Source: Octopus vulgaris (taxonomy: Eukaryota). From it: a stretch of 64,000 bases of DNA. Of the stretch, positions 26,130 through 38,735 are shown one piece after another (the stretch's first letter is position 1; each line of letters starts with the position of its first letter). The stretch spans positions 110,608,001-110,672,000 of the forward strand of contig OX597818.1 of NCBI GenBank assembly GCA_951406725.2. The letters are read 5' to 3'. A program made the translations under genes and the position numbers. The notes under the pieces were generated by a model that searched no databases, had not been told where the DNA came from, and saw nothing but the letters and a program-made list of their open reading frames with translations.

Positions 26130-26450
26130 TTATTAAAGATATTCAAAACTTAACTCTCTCAGTCGCACTCTGCAAATAATTCCTGCATGTTGCAAGAATG
26201 TTGATATTCTCCAAGGTCGCGTATCCTCTACATTGATGCCAATCAGCAGCGCTACTCCAGCGCTACCATCCAAAGTAACCGGAGAAGGAAGCACATAAAT
26301 ATTTTCCTTTGAGGGTCCAATACTCGACGCTAGTTTTTTTTGTTCATTTGACTTCCTTGGTGCTTACACAATCTGCTTTCCAACCCTTTCGCTTTAGTTG
26401 CACGAACTTTCTTAATATTAGGATTTTCTAAGCTTAATGTTTCTTTGTCG
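26130..26450 (-). pseudogene. Possible AP-endonuclease remnant of a LINE
   Basis: SPVTLDGSAGVALLIG resembles the APE GVAILI motif; heavily decayed. Confidence 0.3.
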
Positions 26451-27068
26451 CTTTGATACGGGGGGTTTATTTTTTATTTCGCAATTGCCCCAGTCCATCA
26501 TGTGTCTTCTACTAAGTAACTATCAACGCTTTCACTTCCAGATTAGACTCCACTACCACCACAACAGCCTCTCCACCGCGGCAGCCTCTCCATCACTCAT
26601 AAACTGATAGTCGTTCTTATTTGTCTTTGTTGTATTGTCTCTGTTTGTCTTTTCAAAGTGATATTCAACAACACAAGTCTGAATAGAACAAATCTTTTGC
26701 TAAGGTTATCAGAAAATGTTAGTAACAGCAGTCTTTGTCTTATATTTTAGAATGTTTTAGCTTCATATAAAACATATGCTTTCCTTTTATAGAAATAATC
26801 TTTTATTTTTCTGTTAACCAAATTCTAAGTTTAACCAGAAGATAAGCTTCGCCATGATAACAACCGAAATTATATTAGATCTTATCACATTGGTTATTTG
26901 TTGCAGTTCTTACGGGGTTCCACGCCGACAACATGCCTGTGTCTAGAACTAAAATAAATTCCTCTCTAGACACAAGTCATCAGCCAAATGAGTAACAGAC
27001 CCGATTCCAATCACGCCAATTTTTGGTTCTTTTCTTTCTCTTGTCACGTTTCTCCTTTTCCAATTCCG

Positions 27069-27120
<52 letters not shown>

Positions 27121-27194
27121 ACTCTCTCATTTCTTTTTCCCTGTATAGATGTGTCTATACGTGTGCGTATTTACATAGTACAAATATATATATG

Positions 27195-27282
<88 letters not shown>

Positions 27283-27605
27283 TAGAGGGAAAGAGTGTAT
27301 ACAGTTTGTTTAGGTCATTTCAATGTCTGTATATAAAATATATATTTATATATGTGTGCGGGTGTGCGTGCGTATTTGTGTGTGTGTGTGTGCTCTTTAG
27401 GAATTAAGTTTTTTCCTTTGGAGAATTCAAATTGGCCACAAGTCATGTGACACGGTTTTCTTTAGTTAAGACTGGGGTTAAGAGTTTGTGGTCGTCTGAA
27501 TCGGTTGTATGTATGTATGTGTGTATGTATGTATGTATGTATGTATGTATGTATGTATATATGTGTGTGTGTGTGCGTGTGTATGTATGTGTATGCATAT
27601 ATATG

Positions 27606-27657
<52 letters not shown>

Positions 27658-27661
27658 TGTT

Positions 27662-27707
<46 letters not shown>

Positions 27708-28976
27708 CAGGGGTTGGACAAAATAATGGAAACACCTAGCATCATAGCATTGTAATTTTGAAATATCTATAAAACCGTCAAAAGCTTATTTATTTTTAGT
27801 TTTTTTTTATTTATTATTAGTGTTGTTTACTATGTTTTGCTAAAATTGCTGTTTCTTTTCAGATATCATCAGAAAAAGGTAATTAAAATTCATTAAAATG
27901 ACATATTTATCGGACTTTCAAAGAGGTCAAATGGTTTGTGCTCGTATGGCAGGCGCTAGCGAAACGAAAACACCCAAAATGTTGGATGTATCAAGAAGTA
28001 CTGTCTAGAAACTAATGACAGCCTTTGAGAAAGAGGAAAAAACTTCGACGTCGAAATAAAACTCCGGAAGAAAACCAAAACTTTCAGATAGGGACCGTCG
28101 GACTCTCACTCGAATTATTAGAAAGGATCGCCAAAGTACAGCTACCACAATTACTGCAGAGCTTAATGACCACCTCGAGAGCCCAGTTTCCACAAAAACT
28201 GTTCACCGGGAGCGGCACAAAGCCGTATTTCACGGGACGGCTGCAATCAGAAAACCACTACTTTCAAAAACAAATGTTACAAAGCGTTTAGGATAGAGTA
28301 AAAACCTACAGGCTCGGTCCCTAGAGCAATGGAAGAATGTTATTTTTTTGGACGAGTCATCCTTTACCTTATTTCTGACCACCGGCCGAGTATACATGTG
28401 GAGACAGCCAAAAGAAGCATTTGACCCAGACTGCATTCTTCTAACTGTTAAACATGGAGGAGGATCTGTGATGATCTGGGGGGGGGGACTATATCTTGGA
28501 AATCCGCCGGCCCAGGGGTTTCCCTTCATGGCAGAATTAATAGTCAAGACTATTTAAGCATTTTATCTGATCAAATTCATCCTATGGTTGCGGAACTGTT
28601 TCCGGAGGGAAACGCAATCTTTCAGGATGATAATGCACCGATTTACACAGCTAAAGTTGTTGCTGAATGGCACGAGGAACATTCTAGTGAAGTTGAGCAT
28701 TTTATCTGGCCACCACAGTCCTCAGTTCACAATATTATTGAACATTTTACGAAAACAAGTCATAAGTCGATATCCTCCACCATCATCACTACAAGAACTG
28801 GAGATTGTTTTGGCTGAAGAATGGACAAAAATTCCTTTGAAAACAATTCAAATTTTGTACGAGTCCATACCTCGTAGAATTCAAGTTGTAACTACTGACA
28901 AAGGCGGACCTACCCCATATTAAAATAAATTTGTTTGATATTTTAAGGCGTTTTCCTTTATTTTGTCCAACCCCCA
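27708..28976 (+). mobile_element. Full-length Tc1-like DNA transposon (1269 bp)
   Basis: TIRs CAGGGGTTGGACAAAATAATGGAAACACC / GGCGTTTTCCTTTATTTTGTCCAACCCCCA, TA flanks at 27706-27707 and 28977-28978. Confidence 0.95.
27898..28923 (+). pseudogene. Tc1-family transposase pseudogene (DD36E)
   Basis: LSDFQRGQ, GRKPKLS, WKNVIFLDES, VKHGGGSVMIWG, FQDDNAP, WPPQS..NIIE, GGPTPY*; several stops and frameshifts. Confidence 0.93.
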
Positions 28977-29214
28977 TATATATGTATGTGTGTGTGTATT
29001 GTGTGTGCTCATGGATAACTTGTTTTTGTGTGGTGGATGCAAGTGTCTTTACTTCAAATTTCCTCCGCTTCATTATACAAATGTTTGTACTTCACATTTC
29101 TGTGTGTCCATGCATTACTACGACATGCTTTAAACCAAGCTGTAATATATAAGATTTTTAAATAGCTTCTCACAATTTTGAAATAACTTATACATTGACA
29201 GATAAATTATATAT

Positions 29215-29420
29215 TGGTTTCAACTTTGACTCCAGACCAGCAAACGTAGGGAAGAGATAGGTCGATTACATCGACCCTAGTATTCCAACGGTACTTATTT
29301 TAACGACGCCAAAAGGGTGAACGACAACGTCTACCTCGATGTGATTTGAGCTGAGATCATAATGACGGACGAAATGCCGCTAAGCAATTTTCCCGGCGTG
29401 CTAACGATTCTGACGCTTTG
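29215..29420 (-). mobile_element. SINE family B, diverged
   Basis: GTCGATTACATCGACCC and CCCGGCGTGCTAACGATTCTG. Confidence 0.7.
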
Positions 29421-29985
29421 CAGCCTTAAAAAGCCAACGCCATCATGATACGATATGAGTTGTTCTCGATGTACATCTGCAGAAGAAAATACAGTACTTA
29501 ATTTATCAAACACTTTTTTGCTCAATCTATTTGAATAACAAACGAAGAAAATATATTCCTGGAATATGAATACACAATAAGTGGATAATTATTGCCTTAC
29601 TATAAAATATACATTTAGATTGATCTCCTCTGAGAAAATAAAAACTGCATTCATATGTAGATTGTTAGTCGTGTTCAATTCTGTTAAACTATGAAGTATG
29701 AAGACAGGGTGTAGAAAGACCGGTAGAATGAATATGTAGATAGGACCGATTACCGGAATATAAACCTTGTCCTCACGCCATCTTCAGAATTTCTAGAAAC
29801 ACTTTAGGGATGAATAAACAAAGGATTGGAAACTCTGAATAGAGAGACAGCATGTCACGAGTTGTGTATAATAAATGGATGTAATCTATATGTACTTGTT
29901 TCTCTCGTTTTTGTAAAGCAACACACACTCACGCACACAAACATACATACATATATATGTATGTACACATACACACGCATACATG

Positions 29986-30031
<46 letters not shown>

Positions 30032-30731
30032 AATATATATAATATATAAATATATGCATATATACATACATATACATACCTACATATATATGTATATATA
30101 AATGCATATATGGGTACAGGACATCAAAAAACGTGGAGAGAATGAGAAACGAGAACATAAAAAACAAAAACATAGAAAACGAACTTTTTTTCGAACAACG
30201 AAAAAAAACAAGCAAATCGAGAAACGAGATACCCAACATAAAGAATAATCCCTTCGTCGGTTGTCCCCTGTTTTATCTACTTTGCGTTTCGAAGGTAAAG
30301 ACAAGACGCGACTTCGTTAAAACAATCCTTTCCGCAAAGTAAATTAAATAAAGTTTGCGATTTTTTGCGGAGGGTGAAAGTGGTAATAAAAACAGGACAG
30401 TGGGGACAAAACAGTAAAAACAAACGGTGAAGGCTTTTAAGCCATAACGAGTTGAAGTGGTGAACGCTTGGAAAAACGAGCTTTGAGAAGAGACAATAAA
30501 AACACGTCTTGTCTTTAGAAAGGAAGTGAAAGAAAGAGAGAATTGCCGTTAGTCACGTGTGAGCAATGAGAGAGTCAAGGAGGTGGAGTGAGACAGAGAG
30601 AGGGAACGGTGAAGGAGAGCTGAGAAGAATAGGAAAAGGGTGGGAGAGAGAAACAGAAAGGAAGAATAAGAGGGGGAAATAGACAGAAAAGAGATGGAAT
30701 AAGAATGTGCATCGTAATGATTCAGATAAAA

Positions 30732-30800
<69 letters not shown>

Positions 30801-30804
<4 letters not shown>

Positions 30805-31950
30805 GCTAAACACAGAGGGGGACAATTACAATGTAGAGTTTTTCTTTTCGAGGGGGGCGGAAAAAAATAGGGACAACGATCAAAATGGATCGAAATCGTT
30901 GGGAATATATGCAAAAAATGTCGAAATAGTACAAAAAGTTCCCAAGAAATGGGGAGGTTTATCTGTGGAAAGAAAAACCTACGAAAAGACCACAGTAACC
31001 TCGGGCAATTACGTCACATATTAACATTTATTTACAAATACGTAACTCTCTGTGTTAAATATTTTTACGGTTCATAGGATGGCTTCGTCATTCATACGTG
31101 CCATCCTTGCTACATTCACCCATCTTTTTTTAAAACATTCACTAGACAAAACTTGCCTCTCTACTCTCACTTTCCTTTTCAAGTGATACTTGAAGACGTT
31201 GATGAGAGATTGACCAGAGAGGAAAGTGTTTGTCTCTAATCCTTTCAGGCGCGTCCACCAAATACATTCTTTCGCCATAGCCACAAGTATTATGAAAATA
31301 GCTCTTTCTTCCCGTTTGAGGGAAGGAGGCGTGACGATATTGACGATAGACTCGGCTGATAAACCGACTCGTCCCACACGTGACAGCAGTCGTTCGACAT
31401 AAGTCCACAGGTCGGAAATGGTTGGACACTGCACGAGTTTCGTCGCTCTGACTGCATCTCGCGCTGGTCGGCCCCGTGTTTCTCGAACTATGTCTATAGA
31501 GCTGCTGCTGCTAGTGGTGGTGGTGGTGGTGGTGGTGGTGATGTTTGTGGCAGAGTTGTCCGTAGTAGTAGTAGTAGTGGTTGACTGTGAAGCTGTCGTC
31601 TGGGTTCTTCCAATTTTTCGTGTGCTGTCGGCGGCGGCAGTGTCGGCGTCCGTGCTCACACCTGCACCTGTTTTGCTTCTCCCCCTCCTTCCCTCCTTCA
31701 TGAAGCTGTGGCGAAGGCAGCGTAAGGAAATCAACGTCGTAAGCGTTGTCAAGGAGACCGGCGTTCTTCTCAAGAACGACTTCATGGCTTGAAGTCGCCA
31801 TGCTCAAAACAGAAATGGCTTTGAAAACCGAAAACGAATTTACAAAATCGGGAAACACGCCACACAGGGCAGGTTTCCCGTGCAAAGGGAGAGAGATGTG
31901 TGTTTGCATGTATATCTACAATTAAATTCGTCTCGTGAATTAATGTACAT
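30801..31950 (-). mobile_element. Internally deleted L1/Tx1-like LINE ending at (TA)n
   Basis: Putative ORF1 start MATSSHEV (ATG at 31801) joined near 31490 to ORF2 C-terminus (ARCSQSDET..VQCPTISDLW..AMAKECIWWTR..FKKRW, stop 31072), then 3'UTR. Confidence 0.7.
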
Positions 31951-32084
31951 GATTGAGAAACTCAAAAGGTACGTGTGCATATGTATGTTGCGTATGTGTG
32001 TGCGTGTGTGTGCATGTGTTTGTGTGTGTGTGTGTGTCATTAAAATATTCTTTCCAATACAGCCATTGGTTATTACTTCAAATT

Positions 32085-33618
32085 TTCTCTCTATCTCTTT
32101 CTCTCTCACCCTTCCTCTCTATATCTCTGTCTCTCTCTCTCCCTCCCTCTCTCTATCTCTGTCTCTCTCTCTCCCGCCCTTTATATATCTACATCTCTCT
32201 CCCTCCCTCTCTCTATCTCTCTCTCTCTCTCCCTTCCTCTCTCTATCTCTGTCTCTCTCTCCTTTCATCACTCTATCTCTATCTCTCTCTCCCTTCCTCT
32301 CTATATCTCTGTCTCTCTCTCCCTCTCTCTCTCTATCTCTGTCTCTCTCTCCCACCCTTTCTATATTTCTATCTCTCTCTCCCTTCCTCTCTATATCTCT
32401 GTCTCTCTCTCCCTTCCTCTCTCTCTCCCTTCATCTCTATATCTCTGTTTCTCTCTCCCTTCCTCTCTCTATCTCTGTCTCTCTCTCCCTTCCTCTCTAT
32501 ATCTCTATCTCTCTCTCCCCTCCTCTCTATATCTCTGTCTCTCTCTCCTTTCATCACTCTATCTCTATCTCTCTCTCCCTTCCTCTCTATATCTCTGTCT
32601 CTCTCTCCCTCTCTCTCTCTATCTCTGTCTCTCTCTCCCACCCTTTCTATATCTCTATCTCTCTCTCCCTTCCTCTCTATATCTCTGTTTCTCTCTCCCT
32701 TCCTCTCTCTCTCCCTTCATCTCTATATCTCTGTTTCTCTCTCCCTTCCTCTCTCTATCTCTGTCTCTCTCTCCCTTCCTCTCTATATCTCTGTCTCTCT
32801 CTCTCCCTCCCTCTCTATATCTCTGTCTCTCTCTCCCTCTCTCTCTATATCTCTGTCTCTCTCGCTCCCTTCCTCTCTGTATCTCTATCTCTCTCTCCCT
32901 TCCTCTCTATATCTCTGTCTCTCTCTCCCTTCTTCTCTATATCTCTATCTCTCTCTCCCTTCCTCTCTATATCTCTGTCTCTCTCTCCCTCCCTCTCTAT
33001 ATCTCTGTCTCTCTCTATCTCTGTCTCTCTCTCTCCCTTCCTCTCTATATCTCTGTCTCTCTCTCCTTTCATCACTCTATCTCTATCTCTCTCTCCCTTC
33101 CTCTCTATATCTCTGTCTCTCTCTCCCTCTCTCTCTCTATCTCTGTCTCTCTCTCCCACCCTTTCTATATTTCTATCTCTCTCTCCCTTCCTCTCTATAT
33201 CTCTGTTTCTCTCTCCCTTCCTCTCTCTCTCCCTTCATCTCTATATCTCTGTTTCTCTCTCCCTTCCTCTCTCTATCTCTGTCTCTCTCTCCCTTCCTCT
33301 CTATATCTCTATCTCTCTCTCCCCTCCTCTCTATATCTCTGTCTCTCTCTCCCTCTCTCTCTATATCTCTGTCTCTCTCGCTCCCTTCCTCTCTGTATCT
33401 CTATCTCTCTCTCCCTTCCTCTCTATATCTCTGTCTCTCTCTCCCTTCTTCTCTATATCTCTATCTCTCTCTCCCTTCCTCTCTATATCTCTGTCTCTCT
33501 CTCCCTCCCTCTCTATATCTCTGTCTCTCTCTATCTCTGTCTCTCTCTCTCCCTTCCTCTCTATATCTCTGTCTCTCCCTTCCTCTCTCTCCCTCTGTCT
33601 CTCTCTCTCCCTCCCTCT
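32085..33618. repeat. About 1.5-kb CT-rich minisatellite, unit about 30 bp
   Basis: Unit CTCTCTCCCTTCCTCTCTATATCTCTGTCT with variants; source of the 613- and 555-aa ORFs. Confidence 0.95.
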
Positions 33619-34063
33619 AACAAATAAGATTAACGTTTGTTTTTTTTCTTTTTCTCTCACTTTTTTCAAAAGCTTAAATATCGTCTGCCAATTAGTTTTT
33701 TTTTTTGGTTCTATGTTTTGACTTTCTTAAATTTGATTTATTTGCCAATAATCAAACGCGTGTATTAAGTTTTATTGACAAAGATGACTGTACAGACTCG
33801 CCATAATAAGTATTTTATTGCATTGTATTGTGCTAAAAGATTGGAATATTTAACAGAGAGGGAATAAAATTGATGGCAACTGACGTACGAGAGTAATTAA
33901 TTTATTATTCCGATATTAGATAATTATTAAATTGCTATGAAGCCAGGTTCGTTCTTTGGGTCCAGTTCGTAATTGGAGAAGAGCAAAGTCAGAGACTGAC
34001 TGTGGAAATCTGCCAACATATCCTCAACAGACATTGAAATTAGAAGTGAGTGTACTCTAAACT

Positions 34064-34291
34064 TCATCTTTGTCGAGCGACGTAATACGGACGATGATTT
34101 TGAATGTCAGTTGGAATGTGGAGACCAATATAGTCATTTGGGTTGAAAGGGGGGCTCGCAGATTCTATAACTCTTTCTGTATCGTCTGCCTCTTCGTGAT
34201 TGTTCCTGTAAACATATCCCAGGTAGAAATGGTAGATGACTGCCTCCAGATGTCGCAAGCTGTACATTTCGCTCGTACAGTTGCTTCTAAG
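34064..34291 (-). CDS. Candidate terminal coding exon, unknown protein
   Basis: Acceptor-like TCTCTGTCTCGGCTCTTACTTGTAG in phase 0 with an open 75-codon non-repetitive frame LRSNCTSEMY...PYYVARQR*; no homology recognised. Confidence 0.25.
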   Translation of the reverse strand, partial: LRSNCTSEMYSLRHLEAVIYHFYLGYVYRNNHEEADDTERVIESASPPFNPNDYIGLHIPTDIQNHRPYYVARQR

Positions 34292-35794
34292 CTACAAGTA
34301 AGAGCCGAGACAGAGATAACAAGTTTTCTGATCGACCTTTTTCTTTGGCATTGACTCACAATAAACGCTTTTTCAGTAAGTTGTAAAAGGTAAGTGATCA
34401 GGAAGCTTGATATTTCTATTCTAGGCCTTTTTAGACATTTTTGCATCATGTCTACAGGCTTCCTGCATTCTAAATCGAGGCTTAAACGGTTTTACCACTA
34501 ACACATCAAATGTACAGAATTCAAATTTATATATATATATATATATAAACGGATTGGCTCTCTACTACCTCTGGCAAATTCATCACCAAAATCGGCCTTT
34601 CATTGTCTTTATAATCTGTACCTATTTTTTTTTGGTTACGAAATAAGCTACATAAAATGTGTTTTTGAATTACATGTATTTACTTCATATACATATATAC
34701 GTTGAAAACTTTCTTTAACATTTCACTTAACGTCTACGTTCCGTGCTGGCATGGGTTGGAGAGTTATTAATGTAGGAACTTTATATCTCAGCAACTTGCA
34801 GTTGAGACCTGCGTAATCTAGACGGCGTTTTTAAATTATATTATTCTCTTTAACCCGGGCAATGCCTGGTGTGTCTGCTAGTAAATAATGATTATTTGTG
34901 CACTTGGGTCAATGTAACCCCCTCCTTCGAAATTGCTGACCTCATGCCAGAATTAGAAATCACAATTAAGCGGTTTCAACAGTTATTAAAATATCATGGT
35001 GAAGCAACATTCTTTATCAGACACCAACAAAAGATTATGGCTTCGAATATCTCTTATTTGCTTTCTAAATACAACACACGCATGGCAAAACAAGTGCTGC
35101 AACGTGATAGACGACGCGTGAATGGCCAAGATATACAGCCTGTCCATTCTGGACCTTACCTGAGGAAATAAATGCCTTACATTGACCTCCAGACTACCAA
35201 AATGTATTCATACTGACCTATTGTTTTCTAAATAACGTGGGCCTGCGTTTGCGCTTACAAGTGGTGTACCATATAGGGTGGTAAAAGTTTTATATAGGCA
35301 AAATTTTCCCCCTTTAACACGTCTAAATGAAACAACATCTCCATATTTACCTTAGTTAAGAAATGTTTAAGAAAATGTTGCCACGAAAATATCACAAAAC
35401 CAAGCAAAAACTACATGGCGGAAAATCAGGAATCCGAGGACCAAAGAAACCATTTTCATTAACCTGCAAAACCCTACCTACACCAACCAACGAGAATGGC
35501 CACGGTTTATTTGTTGGCCTTTCACTTATTTATATCAGTCAAAACGATGTCGCTGCGAAGTGCGCAATCCTTGCGTTAACATTCTCTTATACCGTCACCG
35601 ATATATAAATAAGGCGAAAGTGCAATCGCTCCTTGTTACTCCTTTATTTCAGCGACGTTGTTGATTTTGCACACACTTTTTAATTCTATTTCACAATACT
35701 CCAAGCAAATCCCGTTTCTCCGATATCACTATTAAAATTTATTGCTCTGACATTATTTAATCAACGAAAAAAACCTTTCTCACATGACTTTTCG

Positions 35795-35795
<1 letters not shown>

Positions 35796-35889
<94 letters not shown>
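35796..35889. repeat. (TG)n microsatellite
   Basis: Pure run. Confidence 0.95.
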
Positions 35890-35893
<4 letters not shown>

Positions 35894-36842
35894 CGTGTAT
35901 ATTGTCAACATATTATGCCTTGCCTGCTGTATTACCAATCGAACAATGATATCGATGCCAACATTTAGTTTCCTATAAAATCTAAAATGAAAATATTTTC
36001 TTCTAATTTACCTAAATAGTTTATCATTTTTAACATTTCCTGATTATTCGTCCGAATTAATTTTTTTAATTCTACTTAGCATCGTTGTATCTTTTCGAAT
36101 CACATCATAACACTCCGCTTTGATTTCATAACGGAATATCGTTTTACAACAAATTGCGTGCAATACTTAAAAATTGATCGCCAAACACCAACAAACACAC
36201 GGCACAGGTTTTCTTTTCTTTTACGCACAAAAATGAGGAAACTATCTACAAAGCAGACGCTCGGTAGATACGTTTCCTGTTCATTCTAATTAAGAGGCGA
36301 AGGCATTTTGCTAAATATCTCACTTCATCAGAATTATACGAAAGAAAGGCTAAGATCAAAGAAAACTTGATAATGAAACCAGCAGATATCTTTATGGACA
36401 GTATTGATTTTTAACACAGGCATTCTGCCACATATTTTGAAGGAAGGGGTACAATCGCTTGTACTTGGCGGGTACTTTATTTTATTGACTGCAGAATAAT
36501 AGATGAAAGACAAAGTTCACATGGCAGAAATTTCAATTCAGATGGTAAAGCGCTCTGCGATTATGGCAGTTCGGTGCTGCGTGCTTGGGTTAAGACTGCA
36601 ATAAAAATAAACGAGTGTGGTTGACTAATTCGAATTGCAAGTCTATATAGGGGGAGGGGAATAGCAAAAAGAGAAATAGGACCTTCTCTACTGGAAATTA
36701 TTTCCATAGAAGTTTACGGCTCTACAATGACGTTTTTACTATGAGTCTATATCGCATTCAATATGGGAAATTTATCGCTAAACTACTTCTCCTTCCGCCA
36801 GCCTTTTCACTCCTCCTTCTTCTTTCTTTCTCTCTTCCCTCC

Positions 36843-36878
<36 letters not shown>

Positions 36879-37134
36879 GTCTCTCTCTCTCCCTCCCTCG
36901 CTATATGTGTGTGTGTGTTTGCGTGTGTATACCTGGTGACAATCTGATATTTTCATCGTTTCTGTAATATTACTACATGTGTATGTGATACATGTTTATT
37001 ACATGTGTATGTGTTCTTTTAATATATTCTAATACATTGGAATAAATATACATACTAGAATGTCTACCGGCAGATGTATGTCGTTTTTGTATCCTCTCTA
37101 TTTTCTTATTTGCCATATATATACATACACACAC

Positions 37135-37169
<35 letters not shown>

Positions 37170-37187
37170 CATACATATATACATACA

Positions 37188-37236
<49 letters not shown>

Positions 37237-37400
37237 TTATATACAAATACTAGAAGGTTTGGAGATGATGTACAGGTATTATATATTAGAAGAAATAAGG
37301 TACTCAGAAATCTGGATGGTTTATATTTACAGGTATTTATTAATATGTCAAATATCTTTACAAATCATATATTAGCGTTTGCATCCATTCTAGTGGATTC

Positions 37401-37448
<48 letters not shown>

Positions 37449-37892
37449 CGCACACATATACACGAATACACATATATGCATACATACATGTGGAATTTAT
37501 GCACACATAAACACGAATACAGATATTTACGCATAATTAGCTATATATAAAGACATACATATACACACACATACATACACACGCAGACATACGTATTAAT
37601 GCTATGTATAGTTATACGCAAAATATCATACATTAATTATTCAATATCTTTAAATGGAGGATCGAATTTTTTTTTTTTTTAGAAAAAGATGATAATGAAG
37701 TTTGGCTGCGTTTGTGTGTGTGTTTGTGTTTGTTTGTTTGTGTGTGCATTTGTGTGCGTGTGTGTGCTTGCTTGTGTGTGTGTGTGTATGTGTTTGTGTG
37801 CGTCTGTGTGTGTGCGTTTGTGCGTTTGTGTGTGTGTGCCTCTGTGTGTGCGTGTTTGTGTGAGTGCATATGTTTGTATGTGTGCGTACGTT

Positions 37893-37940
<48 letters not shown>

Positions 37941-37942
<2 letters not shown>

Positions 37943-38160
37943 GGCATGTGACCTAGTGGTTGCACTCACGATCCTGGGTCGGTTTCCCGGAGCAAGCAAG
38001 CGTTGTTCTTGAGGAAAATACTTGGTTTCCCGTTGCTCCAGTCCACTTAGCTGTAAACAGGTGAACCCTACGATAGACTGGCCTTCTGACCAGGGAAGGG
38101 ATGAATGTTGGCCTGCTCGTCTAGCCAGCGGGGTGACGACATTTGAAAGCTAAAACGATG
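37941..38160 (+). mobile_element. Decayed tRNA-SINE with V-domain-like core
   Basis: GGCATGTGACCTAGTGGTT head; AACCCTACGATAGACTGGCCTTCTGACCAGGG core. Confidence 0.55.
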
Positions 38161-38375
38161 CAGAACAGAACTTCAGGTGCACAAAGAAAAAACACGAACT
38201 GCACAAGTCCAAAGCCAATTACCTGCCTTCAGTCCCAGCAGACTTCCAGGGCCTGACCTGTGGAAAAAAGCCTTCCGAGTACACATCGGACTGAACGGCC
38301 ACAGCCGGACATACCGTGCTCCGTCTTCTTCTCCCGAGTGATATCCTTGATCATCGTCGACAACAACAGACATGT
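38160..38375 (+). pseudogene. RTE-clade LINE 3' end with C2H2 zinc-finger remnant
   Basis: LTCG..FRVHIGLNGHSRTYR resembles the RTE C-terminal CxxCG..F...IGL.SH.RTH motif. Confidence 0.65.
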
Positions 38376-38509
38376 TTTTGTATAATATTTGTTGCAGCTG
38401 TTTGTTCTTCGTTATCTGTGTGAAGGAGAAGAAAGGACAGAGAGACAGAGAGAATCGAAGAATGAGTCAAGGAAATGGCGAATTTGAGGTAATAATTTCA
38501 AAATAAATC

Positions 38510-38735
38510 TTTCTTTCTAATTTTTGCACAAGGCCAACAATTTATTTGTTCTTTGGTGCGAGTCAGTCAATTACATCGACCACATTACTCGACTGTTATT
38601 TTATCGACTCGAAAAGGAAAGGATGAAAGACAAAGTCGACCTCGGCGTCATTTGAACTCAGAACGTAATGAACCGGAAGAAATGCTGCTTGGCATTTTGT
38701 CCGGCGTGGTTAACGATTCTGCCAGCTCGCTGACT
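38510..38735 (-). mobile_element. SINE family B
   Basis: Core and head motifs as in other copies. Confidence 0.75.

Noticed and set aside
31880-33721. 613-aa and 555-aa Ser/Leu-rich ORFs
   Set aside because: Translations of the stop-poor CT minisatellite.
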